A stretch of 64,000 bases of DNA from assembly GCF_036321535.1 (NCBI RefSeq), contig NC_087437.1, positions 46,130,001-46,194,000 of the forward strand. Direction: 5' to 3'. The DNA comes from Camelus dromedarius (taxonomy: Eukaryota). Shown in pieces: positions 62,313-64,000 of this stretch. The notes beneath the pieces are model-generated. The model made no database searches. It was not told the origin of the DNA and saw only the letters and a list, made by a program, of their open reading frames with translations. A program made the translations under genes and the position numbers. How positions within the stretch are numbered: position 1 is the first letter of the stretch; the number at the start of each line of letters is the position of its first letter.

Positions 62313-63541
62313 ATGAATGGGGTTTGGTATGTCAAAGGGCCTACAGGAATCTGGAATTAGTAGTTTTGGCATTTTTATCTGGAAACAGCCCCTAAAGGAT
62401 GTTTGGTATATCAAGATTTTAGAACGTGATATTAGATGAAGTCCTTAAATCTCTAAATCCAATGTAAGTTTCTCCGAGCTTCCCGTCTCTGACTGGTGGA
62501 AGACTCAACCTCTGATGGCCCTTTCTTTGGGATTGCACAAGAAGGTGAGTCTATTAGGGGCCCCTGGGGTAGAGGGAAGGGGATGGCCATCACTGGTCCA
62601 TGGTGCTGCCCTCATCAGTCCTGTGCTTTCTGCTCGGTGCTGGTGTTGGCTGATCCCCTGGCTACACTGGGAGTTCAGGCAGATATGGTGCTCCCCACCA
62701 ACTGCTCGGGGGTCGTACCACGTGCTGTGCTCTCAGTGTCCCCCTTCTACAGGCACACTGTGATGCGTGAAAGAAGGGCCATCTCTACACCGTGCATGAA
62801 CTCCCCACCCACTAAACAACTCAGATCCAAAGAAAAAAGTCTTCCCATCCTAGGCTCCTCAACTGTCGTCTGTACAATGCTGGCTCTTGCTGCCACAGCC
62901 TAATGAATTCTAAGCAATTTTCTCTATCTCCAAATCTCACCAACCCTTCTGTATGCAGGGCAGATCCCAGAGCAGTTTCTCTTCCTGAATGAAGTGTCCG
63001 TGATCTGATATATTTTGAAGTACGGTACTCTCCTCTTTGAGGGACTGGGGCTGGGATGGGAGGGGTTAGGAAAAGGAAATACTAGTATCAGTTAATTTCT
63101 TTCATAGTAACATGCCCATTTGCTTCCTCTGTACCAGTCCCTACAAGGAGATGCCCCAGCTGCTTCCTGGTTGACGTGACTCCATCCTTCTACGGAAGCT
63201 AGTTCTCTTGCTGAAGACACATTTAGGAAGGGATGAGTCCTGCAGAAACAGTGGCTGTCCATACACATTTGAGAAACTATATTGGAATTCTGAGTCCGCT
63301 CGAGTGGAATCTGTTTTTTCTTGCCCATGGTTCCAGAGTGCTGTTTGGATATGAAAAGGTAGTTTCAGACCAGATGTTGAGGGCCTTTCACTGAAGAGTC
63401 TGCACTGCATTTTCTAAGCAATGGAGAGCTTTGTGCAGGATATTGAAACAGGAGGATTTTTATATTGGGGAACTGACTCAGGCAGCATTGAGGAGGATGG
63501 TTTAGAGGAGGAGTCTCGAGGTGGGAGCCTGTTACTGGCAA
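62313..63541 (-). pseudogene. candidate large decayed exon
   Basis: Acceptor TTGTTGCAG|T at 63542/63541 and donor CAT|GTGAGT at 62313/62312. ORFs 63141-63410 and 62229-62414 share one frame, with about 11 stops in 409 codons; S/P-rich start (SSSKPSSSMLPESVPQYKNPPVSIS). Confidence 0.45.
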
Positions 63542-64000
63542 CTGCAACAATTTACACAATCCTGGTTCAGATTCTTTATGTACACACCTGCCTGTTTCTC
63601 TAAATTATGATCCCTTCAAAAATAAGGATTGTAAGGTTCAATTTTTATTCCCTCCTCCCTCAACCCCCAGAGTCTCAAATATATAAGTTTTCACATTTTT
63701 GACACTTAATACATATTGATTGAATTAGATTGGCCCCAAATAATTTCTTAAAGAAGAACATTGAAAGATAGAGAATCTCCATTTTCACAAGATTTTCACT
63801 GTGGTGTATTATTGGAGTGAAAGCAGGGCTCTTTATTTTGGTAGTAAAACTGATGACACCTTTAGGTAAATCTTTCTTCCCTTCCCCCTCCTATTAGCAC
63901 CCAGAAACTAATTCTCTACTGTTTTATAATATATATTCATGACAATGGAATATTAAATCCACATTCTCAAGTCATAAATATTATAAACCACATTTTTACA

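Noticed and set aside
62496..62903. 135-aa plus-strand ORF (and the 106-aa ORF at 61420-61740)
   Set aside because: No recognisable homology or gene context; best explained as antisense shadows of the minus-strand exon-like blocks.
1..64000. CRISPR arrays, operons or other prokaryotic systems
   Set aside because: The sequence is mammalian; there is no regularly spaced repeat array or dense ORF packing.

Overview
Mammalian genomic DNA, most likely camelid: it carries tRNA-derived vic-1-type SINEs and young L1 3' ends, on a background of old eutherian MIR, L2, MLT, MER and Tigger repeats. I found no intact protein-coding exon of a gene I recognise. A small CpG island at about 15.3-15.7 kb looks like the promoter/first non-coding exon of an unidentified gene, probably transcribed leftwards. 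The most unusual structure is a series of repeat-free, minus-strand, splice-site-bounded blocks between about 63.5 kb and 25 kb. The best two (47216-46053 and 38061-37221) keep one reading frame for hundreds of codons with few stops. Together they look like a long-dead, multi-exon (non-processed) gene whose protein I cannot assign to a family, and a MER58-type transposon appears to sit inside one of its splice acceptors. The window also holds a gamma-type ERV env fragment followed by U3-R and an A-rich tail, which looks like a retroposed ERV mRNA rather than a provirus. Repeat subfamily names come from memory of consensus sequences and need RepeatMasker/Dfam confirmation.
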